From Malacoraja senta (lineage: Eukaryota): DNA of 64,000 bases. Position numbers and translations under genes: made by a program. Shown piece after piece: positions 11,675-24,289 of this stretch. Positions within the stretch are counted from its first letter, which is position 1. The number at the start of each line of letters is the position of its first letter. Below the pieces are notes generated by a model that saw only the letters and a list, made by a program, of their open reading frames with translations, searched no databases and had not been told where the DNA came from. The stretch is taken from the NCBI GenBank assembly GCA_038087875.1, contig CM075991.1, positions 13,270,001 to 13,334,000 of the forward strand. Reading direction: 5' to 3'.

Positions 11675-12700
11675 TCTTTAGGCTGCTAAAGAAGATAAGA
11701 GCCCATGGTATCAGAGGGAAGATACTAGCATGGATAGAAGTTTAGCTGAATGGTGAAAGGCCGAGTGGCAATAAAGAAAACTTTTTCTGGTTGGCTGTCA
11801 GTGACTAGTGGTGTTCTGTAAGGGTCGGTGTTGGGGCCACTACTCTTCACGTTGTATATCAATGATTTGAATGAGGGAATTGTAGGCTTTGTGGCCAAGT
11901 TTGCAAATGATCCAAAGATAGGTGGAGGGGCAGGTAGTGTAGGGGAAATAAGGACTTGGACAGGTTGGGAGAATGGGCAAAGTGACATATAAAATACTGT
12001 AGCAAAGTGTGGAGTCATGCAGTTTGGTAGTTGAAATAAATAACTGTTGAAATAACTATTTTCTAAATGGGGAGAGGTTTGGAAATTGGAAATGCAAAGG
12101 GACTTGGGAGTGCTGGTGCAGGATTTCCAAAAGGTTAATTTGCAAGTTGAATTGGTAGTAAGAAAGGCAAATGTAAAGTTAACATTTATTTTGAGAGGAC
12201 TAGAGTAAAAACAGGGATGTAATGCTGAGGCATTATGCGGCACTAGCCAGACCGTATTTGGAGCATTGTGAGCAGTTTAGGGCCCCTTATCTGAGGAGGG
12301 ATGTGCTGGCGGTGGAGAGTGCCCAGAGGAGGTTTACGAGAATGATCACAGGAATGATTGCATTAACGTTTGATGAGCGTTTGACAGCACAGGGCTTGTA
12401 CTCGCTGGAGTTTAGAAGGATGAGGGGGAACCTCATTGAAACTTACCGAATAGTGAAAGGCCTGGATTGAGTGAATGTGGAGAGGATGTTTCCACGAGTG
12501 GGAGAGTCTAGGACCAGAGGTCACAGCCTCGGAATAAAATCATGTTTATTTAGAAAGGAGATGAGGAAGAATTTCTTTAGTCAGAGGGCGATAAATCTGT
12601 GGAATTCATTGCCACAGACAGCTGTAGAAGCCAAGACATTGGGTATTTTTAAAGTGAAGATTGATAGATTCTTGATTAGTAAGGGTGTCAAATGTTAAGG
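11675..12700 (+). mobile_element. Degenerate CR1 LINE ORF2 3' part
   Basis: GSVLGPLLF, RPYLEHCEQF, YSLEFRRMRG and RGHSLGI motifs. Confidence 0.8.
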
Positions 12701-15700
12701 GGTTAACTCAGTTAATTGGTGAAAGATGTGAGAACAGGCAACGTACTGATACGGAATCCAGCAATGCCAATGAGGGTCCAACCTTATACAGGAAAACCTG
12801 ACGTTGCTGCTCTGCAAACCTTACTCTTTACGCAACATTCACAAATAGTAAAAGGGTGACCCTCAATGTTATTTTAATGCCAAAAAAGATTGGAGCATGT
12901 GTTTGGCCTTTGTATTCCTCTCCTCACTTACCCATCAACATATGCATCACCAGAACCACTTTACATAATATATCTGCTCCCCTCCCATCAGTCATTAATG
13001 TAGATTATAAACAGCTGATTGTAAACTGATCTAGTTATAGTTTAACGGCCTGAAAAATGACTGAATATTAATCGTCTCTGTTTTCTGTCAGTAAACCAAT
13101 CTTCCATCCATCTTAATATATTACTCTCAATGCCACTGCTCTTACCATCCACATTGTGCCAATCCAATGTGCTTTAAAAATTAATTTCATTTCATCCACT
13201 AACATGGTTTACAAAATTTGTCAGATAACGTACCTTTCATAACACCGTTGTCTTTGCCTGATATTATACATTTCTAACAGTTCTGTTACCACTTCCTTAA
13301 AAAATGATTCCAGAATTTCCCAACAATGGATGTTAGACTATCAGAGAAGAATAAAATTTAAGCCACATTAGGTGATATTAAAATATTTAAGAAAGAACAT
13401 TTATAAAGAAAATTCCAGTTTGAGCCCTGCACTCTGTTGAAAGCAAGGAAAATCAGCGATGAACAGGGTTCTAGAACTGGAGGAATCTTCAACTGTTATA
13501 GGCTAGGAAGTTTGTGGAGATAAAGTTCACGTATTGGAAGGATTTGATAATAAGGGTGAGAATTTTAACTGAAAATGCTTGTAGGTTAGTGATCACAGGA
13601 ATTTATGTGAGTTCAGATAAAGTCAGCAAGGTTTTGGATGAAAAAAATTGAGGTAAATGAAAATTGCTGATTCATTATATAACAGGCTCTTAGTAATAGA
13701 AGAGATAAATATTGATTTTGCTGTTTCTTTAGCAGTGTATGTTGAACTCTTTTTAGTATGATCCACATATTCTCAGAAATGCACAGCAATTCTCTGCATC
13801 AACCCTGTCCAAAGCCATGAGCAAAGAACAGTATACTGTGCCAGATCACATATGGTCTGAGCTTTTTTGGATGCTCTTAAAATTTATCGTGTGTGTTGGG
13901 CAACGGTGCCCCTTTGTGTACAGGAAGATGCACTTTAAATCAATCCTTTTCTCAAATGAATCAGTGGTTAATGGGGCCTGTGGCAGCTCAGAATGAGTTC
14001 CATCTACAGCTTCCTTTATTTCTCACTGAAATCTTGCTTGGAAATTTCTTGCCTTGCTATTCAGATTGCAGTGTGTTGAAGAGTGTGGCAAGTCTATTCA
14101 TAGTTATAGTCCATGAAAACAGGCCCTTCGACCCAACTTGCCTACGCCAACTAACGCATCCCATCTATACTAGTTCCACCTTCCCGCGATTGGCCCATAA
14201 CCCCTTTAAACATCCTATCCATTTACCTTTCCAAATATCTCATCAATGTTATGATAGTACCTGACTCAACTACCTCCTCCAGATTTTCATTCCATACACC
14301 CACCACCCTTTGTATAAAAAAGTCACCCCTTAGGTTCCTATCAAATCATTCCCCTCACCTATGTTCTCTGGTTCACAATTTCCCTACTCTGGGCAAAAGA
14401 CTCTGTGCATTTACCCTATCTATTCCTCTCATGTTTTTGTACACTTCTATAAGATCACCCCAACACTCCAAGGAAAGCAGCTTGTCCTAGCCTTTCAACA
14501 TCTCCCTATAACTCAGGCCCTTGAGTCCGAGCAACATCCTGTAAATCTTCTCTGCACCCTTTCCAGCTTGACATCCATTAACTGGGTTGTGTCGGATTGG
14601 AATCTTCCTGTTCAGTTCATGGTACCGTGGGCATGACCTCTGTATGGCCATTTGCTGGCTGGGTGCTCCCCTCCCTCCAGCACTAATCTGCACCAAGTTT
14701 TCCAAATGCAATATGAGTACTACACTGGAGAGAGCAGGCTGGAAATAGGGTTTTCAAATGTCTAAAATGGCTGGAGTAAGTTGGGGAGCAGCGGATAACT
14801 GGTTAGAGGCAGATATTTGTGAGTGTGTCCGTGTCCACACCCAGAGACACATGGGATACAACTATAGGTTCGTGAAGAAGGCATTTTGGATGCTTGGCTC
14901 CATTGAACATGGCTTATAATTTACGACTGGGAAATCACGGTACTTCATAAAACATTGGTTAGACTATACTTAAGAATATTGTGTGCAGTTGTGATCACCG
15001 CAAACCACACTTGGATGAAATGTTAAGAATCTGGGAACCCATTCACGAGTATTGAATTGAGACAGAGGGAGATGGCTGTGATAGTTAATGACCAGGGTAG
15101 TCACAGTCACATGCCAGCCAGAGGTGGGGACTGAACAAACCCTTGCAAGTGATAGGTGGATACAGGCGATGGGGAACTGATTGGCAGATGAGAAATGTTG
15201 ATTGAAGGCATGGATAGGGCAGAATCATCTGCCAATCAAACCCAGGCTTTGTCCTGCCCACATTATTTTCCAGCTTTCAAGAACAATCATTCTAAAGGGT
15301 TCCAGTCCGAAACATCACCTATCCAGGTGGTCCAGAGACGCTGTCTGACCCGCTGAGAAACCCCAGCACTTTGTGTTTTACTCTACTTCATTGATTTTCT
15401 TTAGAGGAAAACCTGCTGTCTTTATGTGTCTGGTAAGTATGTGACTCTAGACCTATCAATGTGGTTGTCTCTTACCTGTTTCCTGAAGACTTTCAAAAGA
15501 CCTGTAGATTTCTACCTATACCATACATAGATGCAATCAATTCAAACTCAAGTACAATATATCGAGACCAAAGGGGAAGATACAGAGTGCAGCAATTGGG
15601 GGTAAGAAATAGATATCAGCACAGAGAGCAGCATCAACACCCCATGAATGAAAATAAAAAGTCTCTCAGAGAACAAAATTCCATACTGGCTGAAATGTGA

Positions 15701-17474
15701 CTTAGATTTGTTTATTATTGTCACATGTACCGAGGTAGAATGAAAACCTTTGTTTTGCATGTTATATGAACATATCAGATATACCAAACATAGATACAAT
15801 CAATTCAAACTCAATATACAGAGGAAAGTGAAGATGCAGAGTGCAGAATATAGTTCTCAGCATCGTAACGCATCTGTTCCTTAGACAAAGTCCAATGTCT
15901 TCATTGGGGCAACCGTGAATCGAACAGTCCCCAAGGCTATGGAAGGACCGTTCAGGTTTAATAATAGAAGGAAGGTGGGATGGATGAGGATGGATTGTCT
16001 GGCTGCTGCGGAGCTGCAGGCATTCTCTGCCGGGTGGGAGCAGAGCATCTCCGCTTGCCGTCTCTCACCGAGCTACAATGATCAAGGTCTGGGACAAACC
16101 GAGCAGCGCTGGGAGCGCAGAGCCGAGTCTTTCACTGGGTCAGTGAGGCTGGTTGTTGGCCGCTCTTCCCGCGTCTGGATGCTCTCCCATCACAGCTGTT
16201 TCTGTGATCTCTCTCCGCACAATGTTCTCGTTCATTTCCAACATGAAAATTTATGGTTACGATCAGTTCTCAGGAATAGAACCCTGTTATAACCAAGGGA
16301 CTTCCTGTGATTGCACTCTCTAGACATGCTGAATATAAAACATCAACTGTATTCTCGAGGTTCATTTTAATTGTAAGTGCCACAGTCCAAACTCATTGGA
16401 TGAAAAATATTTATTCCTGCACTTTCCTCTAATTCTGTTAGCAAGTTACCCTATATATAAAAAGACAAAAGTCTGTAGAAGGGTCTCGATCCTAAACGTC
16501 ACCAATCCATGTACTCCAGAGAAGCTGCATGACCCAGAGTTACTCCAGCATCCGCAGTTCTTAGTTTCCATGTTCTATACCCTATATAGATATGTCCTTT
16601 ATTTATTGACCTCTCTGTTAAGGAAAGTACGCTCTCCCTTCTCATTCAACTGAGGCCTCTCATATTTTATTCCACTGTGAAATCCTTCATAATCCATTGC
16701 TACTTGAATGTCTTTCCTTGCCAACCTATTTGTACAGAAACCTATGTATGTTGCCAAGAAAGGGTAGAGGACTCAGGCCATGCCAGAAATGGCTGAGCAA
16801 ATCCCCTAAACAAAGATGTTATACAGGCATCAGGAGGGAGATTTCTCACTCTTTCAAAATCAAACTGCAGATGCTGGAAATCTGAAAGAAAGACAGAAAC
16901 TTCTGTAATATGTCAGCAGGTGAAGCAGCCTCTATTGAGAAAGTGTCAACATTTTGGGTTGTGACCCTTCATGAGAACTGGGAAAAAACCAAATGCAAGT
17001 TAGTTTTAAGTCAGAAAGTAAGTGGGGAAGGAGTGTGCAGGATAAAGGGGATGCACATGATAGGATGAATATGCAGACAGATCACAGTCCTCATTAAGCC
17101 ACTTTGGCTCATCCTGATTTCTCATTAACGCTGTGAGTGGGAACAGTGCATGTTATCCATTGTAATGGCCTGGCACTATTGAGGATCAGATTCTTATCGT
17201 GTGACAAAGCCTTTTCTCGAACTTACTGAAGAGCAGCTACCTGTGATATACAAGATCTGATAGGCAAACCTATTGTGGGGTGCGGTTTCTGGAAATCTAC
17301 TGGCTTCTCAGCAGGGCTGAACATTAAGAAAGTAATACAGGCCCAGTGCTGTCAAACGCCTGTTTCCACGCTGTATCTCTAAAAAACTAAAGATTATCGT
17401 TAAACTTGTGGCAATTCCTTGTCACTGAGACAAAAATGCCTCAAAAAAACTGATTACCTCTGGGGATAGATATA

Positions 17475-18541
17475 TCTATCTATAACTAAAATTCTTCTCT
17501 TGTTTGTGTGCATATGTGTGTGTCATCTGGGCACAATCTGGTTAATTCCTACTTTCTTCCAAATGCTAGGCCACAGGCTTCCCATTTTCACACATTCTAC
17601 TCACATTTTTCCTGTCGAAGCGATAAATCTTCCCGTCGAATTCCCACCTATATTTCCGAACATTTTAATCTTTTAAAGTTTTAAAAACGGCCCGAAAACT
17701 CACCCATTTCGGGGGGAAAAAACCCAATTGACGCCACAATGACCTCGCAAGGCAGGACACTCCGGGAGGGAGGGGCACTCCAGCGCACCCCAGTGACGTC
17801 ACAATGCACTCGCAAGGTAGGAAGGGACACTCGTTTTTTTAATACAAATACTTTTATTCAAAAAATAAAAATAAACATAGAGTATTAACACAATCAAAGA
17901 CTGCCTATGTTGACAGTTTACAAACAAACAATCATCAAATTAATACAACGGCAGCTTTATCAACAAAACACTCGACCTCCCACGGCGACCAGCGTTCACG
18001 GAAGGCCTCCAAAGTCCCCGTGTCCCTGGAGAGGGAACACGCGGGCACGGACGCAGGCCCGGAAAAGGGGCAGGTAGTCAACTCCGGTGCGGCCGTCGAC
18101 TACTCGCGGATGGGACACTCCGGGAGGGAGGGCCCCTCCAGCACTCGTGTGGTGGCTGCCGGCGTCCGTAATCTGGTGGCGAGGGTGGTGCCGTGGGCCC
18201 TGGCTGGAGCCGAGCCTGGTGCTCGAGCTGGAGTGAGTGCCGGGGCTTGGGATGGGGCCGTGACCACTGACGCTCGACACCTGGTGGCAAGGGTGGAGCC
18301 ACGGGCCCTGGCTGGAGCCAAGCCTAATGCTCGAGCTGGAGTGAGAGCCGAGCCCGGGGCTTGGGATGGGGCTGTGACCGGGGCCGAGAAAGAAGCCGCC
18401 GCTGGAACAAAGGACGAGCCTGGGTCCGTGGCCAGGGACGAGCCCGCAGATGAAGTCGTAACCTGCGCAGTTGGGGGCTATGCGTGAGTGGTGGAATCTT
18501 GCGTTGGGGGAGCAGACCCAATGGGTCTGCGCTTGGTCTAA
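17475..18541 (+). mobile_element. Helitron-like non-autonomous element
   Basis: 5' A|TCTATCTATAACTAAAA; 3' hairpin GCAGACCC-AAT-GGGTCTGC followed by CTTGGTCTAA|T; no TSD; internal tandem duplications. Confidence 0.65.
17833..18111 (-). mobile_element. Tx1/L1-like LINE 3' fragment inserted in the Helitron-like element
   Basis: A-rich tail (T-run at 17834); ORF2 C-terminus-like LPLFRACVRARV; 9-bp TSD GGGACACTC at 17824-17832 and 18112-18120. Confidence 0.75.
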
Positions 18542-18589
18542 TATATATACACACATATATAATAATATATACACACACATATATATAGA

Positions 18590-18830
18590 CTAGACCAAGT
18601 GGGACCCGTTGGGTCCCGTCCCCTCAACGCCAGGTTGTGGGGGGGGGGGGGGGGTGCGGCCTTCGGCATCCCACACTCTAACCCCCCCCTTGAAATTATA
18701 TTAATATTATTAATTCGCTCCTTTTCCCCCATCCCATCCCAATCCACTCACGCATAGCCCCGAACTGTGCAGGCGCGGCTAGAGAGGGGGGGGGGGGTAG
18801 AAAGGATGGGGTAGAGGGGGAGGAGGGGTA
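18590..18830 (-). mobile_element. Helitron-like 3' end (second copy, opposite strand)
   Basis: Minus strand reads GGGACCC-AAC-GGGTCCC-ACTTGGTCTAG|T; shares GGGGCTATGCGTGAGTGG with the + copy. Confidence 0.65.
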
Positions 18831-18831
18831 G

Positions 18832-18862
<31 letters not shown>

Positions 18863-19264
18863 ATACACACACACACACGCATATATATATATGTGTGTGT
18901 GTGTGGATATGGACCAATGTGTTACAGTTGAATCAATTCTGATTGGTGCAAGAATAATTGGGAATGCTACATTATATTTCTACCATCACCCTCTACTGGG
19001 TTAGAGAGGGTATAACTAACCAGAATCCTGTTTTCTGTTAGCCAGTGTATTTTGGATGGAAAGCCTCGATCTCTCCAATGTAACAGAATTTACAAATTAT
19101 AAAGTCAGTGAAATTTACAGGATATTCATTCCACTGCCCCAGCTATTTTCAGTAATCCACTCACAACTCCCGCTTTGTCGCCCTGTCTACTGTGGCAAAT
19201 GATAGAGTGTGAGAGATTTCAGCCCCTATTTAAATATCTGAAGGGGCTGCTACTCAAGTTTCAG

Positions 19265-19520
19265 TTGCATTCAACCCCACGCTTTTGATCTTTGGTCACC
19301 CAGTACGGAGGGGGCAAGGTTGGTTGGGGAGGGCCAAGGCCATTCACGGGTCCAGGCAGCAGGCAGTCAAGGATTCTGCCGAGTCGACTGCCATCTCTCA
19401 GGCTTACGTCCGTGCCCGCGTGGAGAGGGAACACGCAATGTCCACGAGGACTCTGGAAGCCTTCTGTGAACACGGCATGGATAAGGATGAGAACATAATT
19501 TGATGATTGATTAATTGATG
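19265..19520 (+). mobile_element. Tx1/L1-like LINE ORF2 C-terminal fragment
   Basis: LLIFGHPVRRG...YVRARVEREHAMSTRTLEAF; same family as 17833-18111. Confidence 0.65.
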
Positions 19521-21004
19521 TTTGCAAACTGAGCAGTTTTGATCTTTCCAGTAATTTGGAACTGCTTTCCCAGGACCAGGTGGCAATTAAAGATCATTTT
19601 TATCTGCACTTTCTCTACAGCTATAACATGTGCAGCTCTGCACTGTTTCCTTTCACATTCTGCACCATGCATGGTTTGATTATACTCATATATGGTTTGC
19701 ACATTCACCCTAAGGTCGTGTGGGTTTCCTCCTGTTTCCTCCCATATCCCAAAGATGTATGGGTTAATAGGCTGCTGTAAATTGCTCCTTGTGTGTAGAA
19801 GGGTGGTAGGAACTAAGGAAAGGGTCTCAACTCAAAGGCTCGAGGGTCAGTTATTTGCAGTAGCGATGCTCCCAGGTAATCCTGGTAAACTGATGAGCCT
19901 GGGGAAGACATGGTTGGCTTGTGCTATCAGCATCTCTGTGTTTCCATATTGCTTATTTCCTTCACAATAGAAGTGCTCACAAGGTCCCCTCTTGCCTGCA
20001 GCTTTTGTTGAGTTTCAATTATATTCAAAATTTGGCAAGTATTTGTTAATATAGGCATACATCCTTGAGCAGGTTCAGTAGCGATGTCTAAAGTCCTTGA
20101 ACATACATGACTATATTTCTCACAGTAACAAGCCTCTGCTGGTTAACAATTTAGTGTTAAGTGTCTGCTGGAATACCATAGGTTAGGCTCTTGAACTACC
20201 CTGAGCATCCCTAACCACAACCCTACCTCAGCAACAAACTATGATGGACTTAGTAGTAAGTTGCACCACGTATGTTGGCTTGCACTATTGTGGCCTTGAT
20301 TATTATGTTGTATAACTCAGAATATTCATTTGCTGAATTGTTGCATTTAATGTGTAAAGCTACAGCAAGTAAGAATGTCATTGTTCCAGTCCTAGGATTC
20401 TTGATGACTTTTATTCTTTGGGCCCAAAGGCAATGCAAACTGTCTAGAAGACAACCTGTTAAGGGGCCATATCCTTACTTTGTGCACATGTTACTGTAAA
20501 TATGCAAAATGTAACCAAAAAAACTACATGCTAATTTAAAATCAGTCTCTTTAAGTGGGTCGACATAATACACATCTGACGTGTATTTAGTGATGTACCG
20601 TATCGTTGAGGTGCTTATTCTGCAGGAATAACAAGGACAAATTTGGTTTACTTGTGTCAGGCCATTTAAGTAATGTATTGGAACTTTATTACTGTTATTG
20701 TTATGATTAACTATCTATGTGGACGGAGGGGTGTGGGAGGGGGGAGGAGTGATCTGGGGGGGTGTGGGAGGGGGTGTGTGTGTGTGTGGGGGGGAGAGGT
20801 GTGTGGGCAGAGGGGTCGTTGGGGATGGGTGTGTGAGGGCGGGGGGGTTGTGGGGGTATGTGGGCAGCGGGGTGTGGGTGTGTGTGGAGAGGGTGTATGT
20901 GGGCGGGGGGGAGTGGGATGTGTGAGCGGGGGGGAGTGAGCTCAGAGAAAAGCCGGGGAAGAGCGATGGGGGAGAGGGGGGCATCAAGGGGGAGGAGCCA
21001 GCGA

Positions 21005-22125
21005 GGGGGTTCAGTATTGATGTGGATAGAGAACTGGCTGGCAAACAGGAAGCAAAGAGTAGGAGTAAACGGGTCCTTTTCACAATGGCAGGCAGTGACT
21101 AGTGGGGTACCGCAAGGCTCAGTGCTGGGACCCCAGCTATTTACAATTTATATTAATGATCTGGACGAGGGAATTGAAAGCAACATCTCCAAGTTTGCGG
21201 ATGACACTAAGCTGGGGGGCAGTGTTAGCTGTGAGGAGGATGCTAGGAGACTGCAACGTGACTTGGATAGGCTGGGTGAGTGGGCAAATGTTTGGCAGAT
21301 GCAGTATGTGGATAAATGTGAGGTTATCCACTTTGGTGGCAAAAACGGGAAGGCAGACTATTATCTAAATGGTGGCCGATTAGGAAATGGGGAGATGCAG
21401 CGAGACCTGGGTGTCATGGTACACCAGTCATTGAAAGTAGGCATGCAGGTGCAGCAGGCAGTGAAGAAAGCGAATGGTATGTTGGCCTTCATAGCAAGAG
21501 GATTTTAGTATAGGAGCAGGGAGGTTCTACTGCAGTTGTACAGGGTCTTGGTGAGACCACATCTGGAGTATTGCGTACAGTTTTGGTCTCCAAATCTGAG
21601 GAAGGACATTATAGCCATAGAGGGGGTGCAGAGAAGGTTCACCAGACTGATTCCTGGGATGTCAGGACTTTCATATGAAGAAAGACTGGATAGACTTGGC
21701 TTATACTCGCTAGAATTTAGGAGATTGAGAGGGGATCTTATAGAAACGTACAAAATTCTTATGGGGTTGGACAGGCTAGATGCAGGAAGATTGTTCCCGA
21801 TGTTGGGGAAGTCCAGGACAAGGGGTCACAGCTTAAGGATAAGGGGGAAATCCTTTAAGACCGAGATGAGGAAAAACGTTTTCACACAGAGAGTGGTGAA
21901 TCTCTGGAACTCTCTGCCACAGAGGGTAGTTGAGGCCAGTTCATTGGCTATATTTAAGAGGGAGTTAGATGTGGCCCTTGTGGCTAAAGGGATCAGGGGG
22001 TATGGAGAGAAGGCAGGTACGGGATACTGAGTTGGATGATCAGCCATGATCATATTGAATGGCGGTGCAGGCTCGAAGGGCCGAATGGCCTACTCTTGCA
22101 CCTATTTTCTATGTTTCTATGTTTC
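21005..22125 (+). mobile_element. CR1 LINE 3' portion (duplicate of the intron-2 copy)
   Basis: RT motifs GVPQGSVLGP and KFADDTK; premature TAG at 21506-21508; TTTCTATG repeat tail. Confidence 0.92.
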
Positions 22126-22769
22126 CATACAAAGTTAATCACTCAAACCAAAGTTTAAAATGTAACGAAAATTCAAACATAAGCCGACAACAAAGAAATG
22201 TCCCATTTAGAGCTTTGAGCAGTCCAAAAAGGTCTTCAAAAAATGGTATTCGCTAGTTTAAAACTACCATATAATGGATTTTCTTCTGTGCAAAATCCTT
22301 TTTCCCGTCGCAGGGAAAAAATACTTGCTTGCTCTCAGCTGGCCTACAGCCCCCCAATCCCCAACAACTGCTAGGAATGATGGCAAGAAGGTGCTGCAGA
22401 TGTTCTACCAATCGGTTGTAACCTGTGCCCAATCGGTTGTAACCTGTGCCACCTTCTTCGCTGTGGTGTGCTAGGGCAGCATGGCGAAGGCCGTGGACAC
22501 CAATAAGACTGACAAAATCATCTAGAAAGGTGGCTCCGTCCTGGGGCGGAGTTGGATTCATGTGAGGTGGTAATGGAGGGGAGGATGCTCTGCAGTTTGA
22601 GGAGCATCTTGGACAATACAGCTCACCATGACACTGGCCAACCTGAGGAGTACCTTCAGCAACAGACTGGTTCCAAGATGCAGCACAGAACGCCACAGGA
22701 GATCCTTCTTCCCTGTGGCTATCAAACTGTGCATCCTCTCCCCCTTCTGTCGTGGGGTAGACTGACCCC

Positions 22770-22849
22770 AGCCATGATCATATTGAATGGCGGTGCAGGC
22801 TCGAAGGGCCGAATGGCCTACTCCTGCACCTATTTTCTATGTTTCTATG
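22770..22849 (+). mobile_element. Short CR1 3' tail at the duplication breakpoint
   Basis: AGCCATGATCATATTGAATGGCGGTGCAGG...TTTTCTATGTTTCTATG. Confidence 0.85.
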
Positions 22850-23313
22850 ACTCACAGCGAGCGCTGGTCGTCCTCCTCCGCCGGGATCAGAGTCTCTGCT
22901 TTGTTTGGCGACATCGCCAACTCTGGGCTTGGTCTCCTGCGCTGGGCTGCTTGGGGCGGGGCTGGACTGGTTGGGGTCCATCCGAACGTTCGGTTGGAAA
23001 CCTCCGCTGGCCATCCTCAGCTCCAATAAAGACGCGATGGCGTAGGAAGGGGCGGACCGACCCAGGAAGTGACAGAAGAGATTAATCCACGCGGCGCTGA
23101 CTGATAGAAGAGATCGATCTGCGCACGCGTGGTTTTAAGATTTTTTTTTAACCTCGCTAACTTTTACGACATTCAACCGATCGCAATCGCAGCACAGAAC
23201 AGTGAGTGAACTGGCGAAAAATCGTGGCGCTATCGCAAACCGTTTTTGCGCAACTAGAATGACCGCCAAACTGGAAGATAACAAGATCAGAGTTTTAGTT
23301 ATGTATAGATAGA
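22850..23313 (-). mobile_element. Helitron-like 5' portion
   Basis: Minus strand begins ATCTATCTATACATAACTAAAACTCTGATCTTGT, similar to the start of the element at 17475; probably continues in the G-rich 20715-21004 segment. Confidence 0.5.
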
Positions 23314-24289
23314 TTGGTACTCTCTTCCCATGTGCTGGTTTAGTTAAAACTTTCCAAACTGCAATTGATAGATCATGTTTCGTCAAGGGAAAGGTAGGTA
23401 AGCACAGGCGTAGATCTGACTGCAGTAATTGATAGAAGCTACAGGAAGGTTCATGGGAACCCTTTATTTTGAGATGCAAACAGGAAATTAAAAACAGAAT
23501 GAAAGTACCATTTTGTGAACTTTCAAAAAATCATGTTTAAACGCGTCAAGAAATTCACCAGTCCCTGCCTTTGGAAAAAGTGTGGTTATGGCGCAATTTG
23601 AAAACCTTATGCTTAACGTATACAGCTCCCAACTGGGAGGACCAGATGGTGCAAACTGTCTAAGACATGATGGGCCATATGTGTTAAAGAAGGAACTGCA
23701 GATGCTGGAAAATCGAAGGTACACAAAAATGCTGGAGAAACTCAGCGGGTGCAGCAGCATCTATGGAGCAAAGGAAATAGGTAACGTTTCGGGCCGAAAC
23801 CCTTCTTCAGACATATGATGGGCCATATGTTTACTTTGTGCATATGAAGTTAATACAAATGCAATTAAAAAATATGCCATCAAAGCGAATTTAAAAATCA
23901 ATCTTCCTATGCTGGTCAACTTTATAAACAGCTAACATATTAAGTAATACGTAGCGATCATTGGGGGAATGACATGGCCAGATTTGAAAGCAATCTGAAA
24001 ATAACCAGCCATGCAACGCGAATGGAAAGATGCACATATTGTTGTTTTTCAAAAATGAGTTTCAAACTGCGATGAAGATTTAATTCTGCTTTGCACTGGC
24101 TGGTGCTGCTGTCAATCAGCGGTCCTCGCCGCCGGGCTGCCCCTCACATCTCCTCTCCTCTCCCGCCAAACCCACTCACTGAAGGAACTTTACTTTCCCC
24201 AACTTCACAAAAACGGGATGAGATCGTCGAAGTCGGCTAGTTTAAACAAATACACCACACACCGTGTCATCAGTAACTGGTAAAGAACG

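Noticed and set aside
15915..16292. 125-aa ORF in a GC-richer unique patch
   Set aside because: No recognisable domain or convincing splice signals, and its 5' part overlaps a LINE tail.
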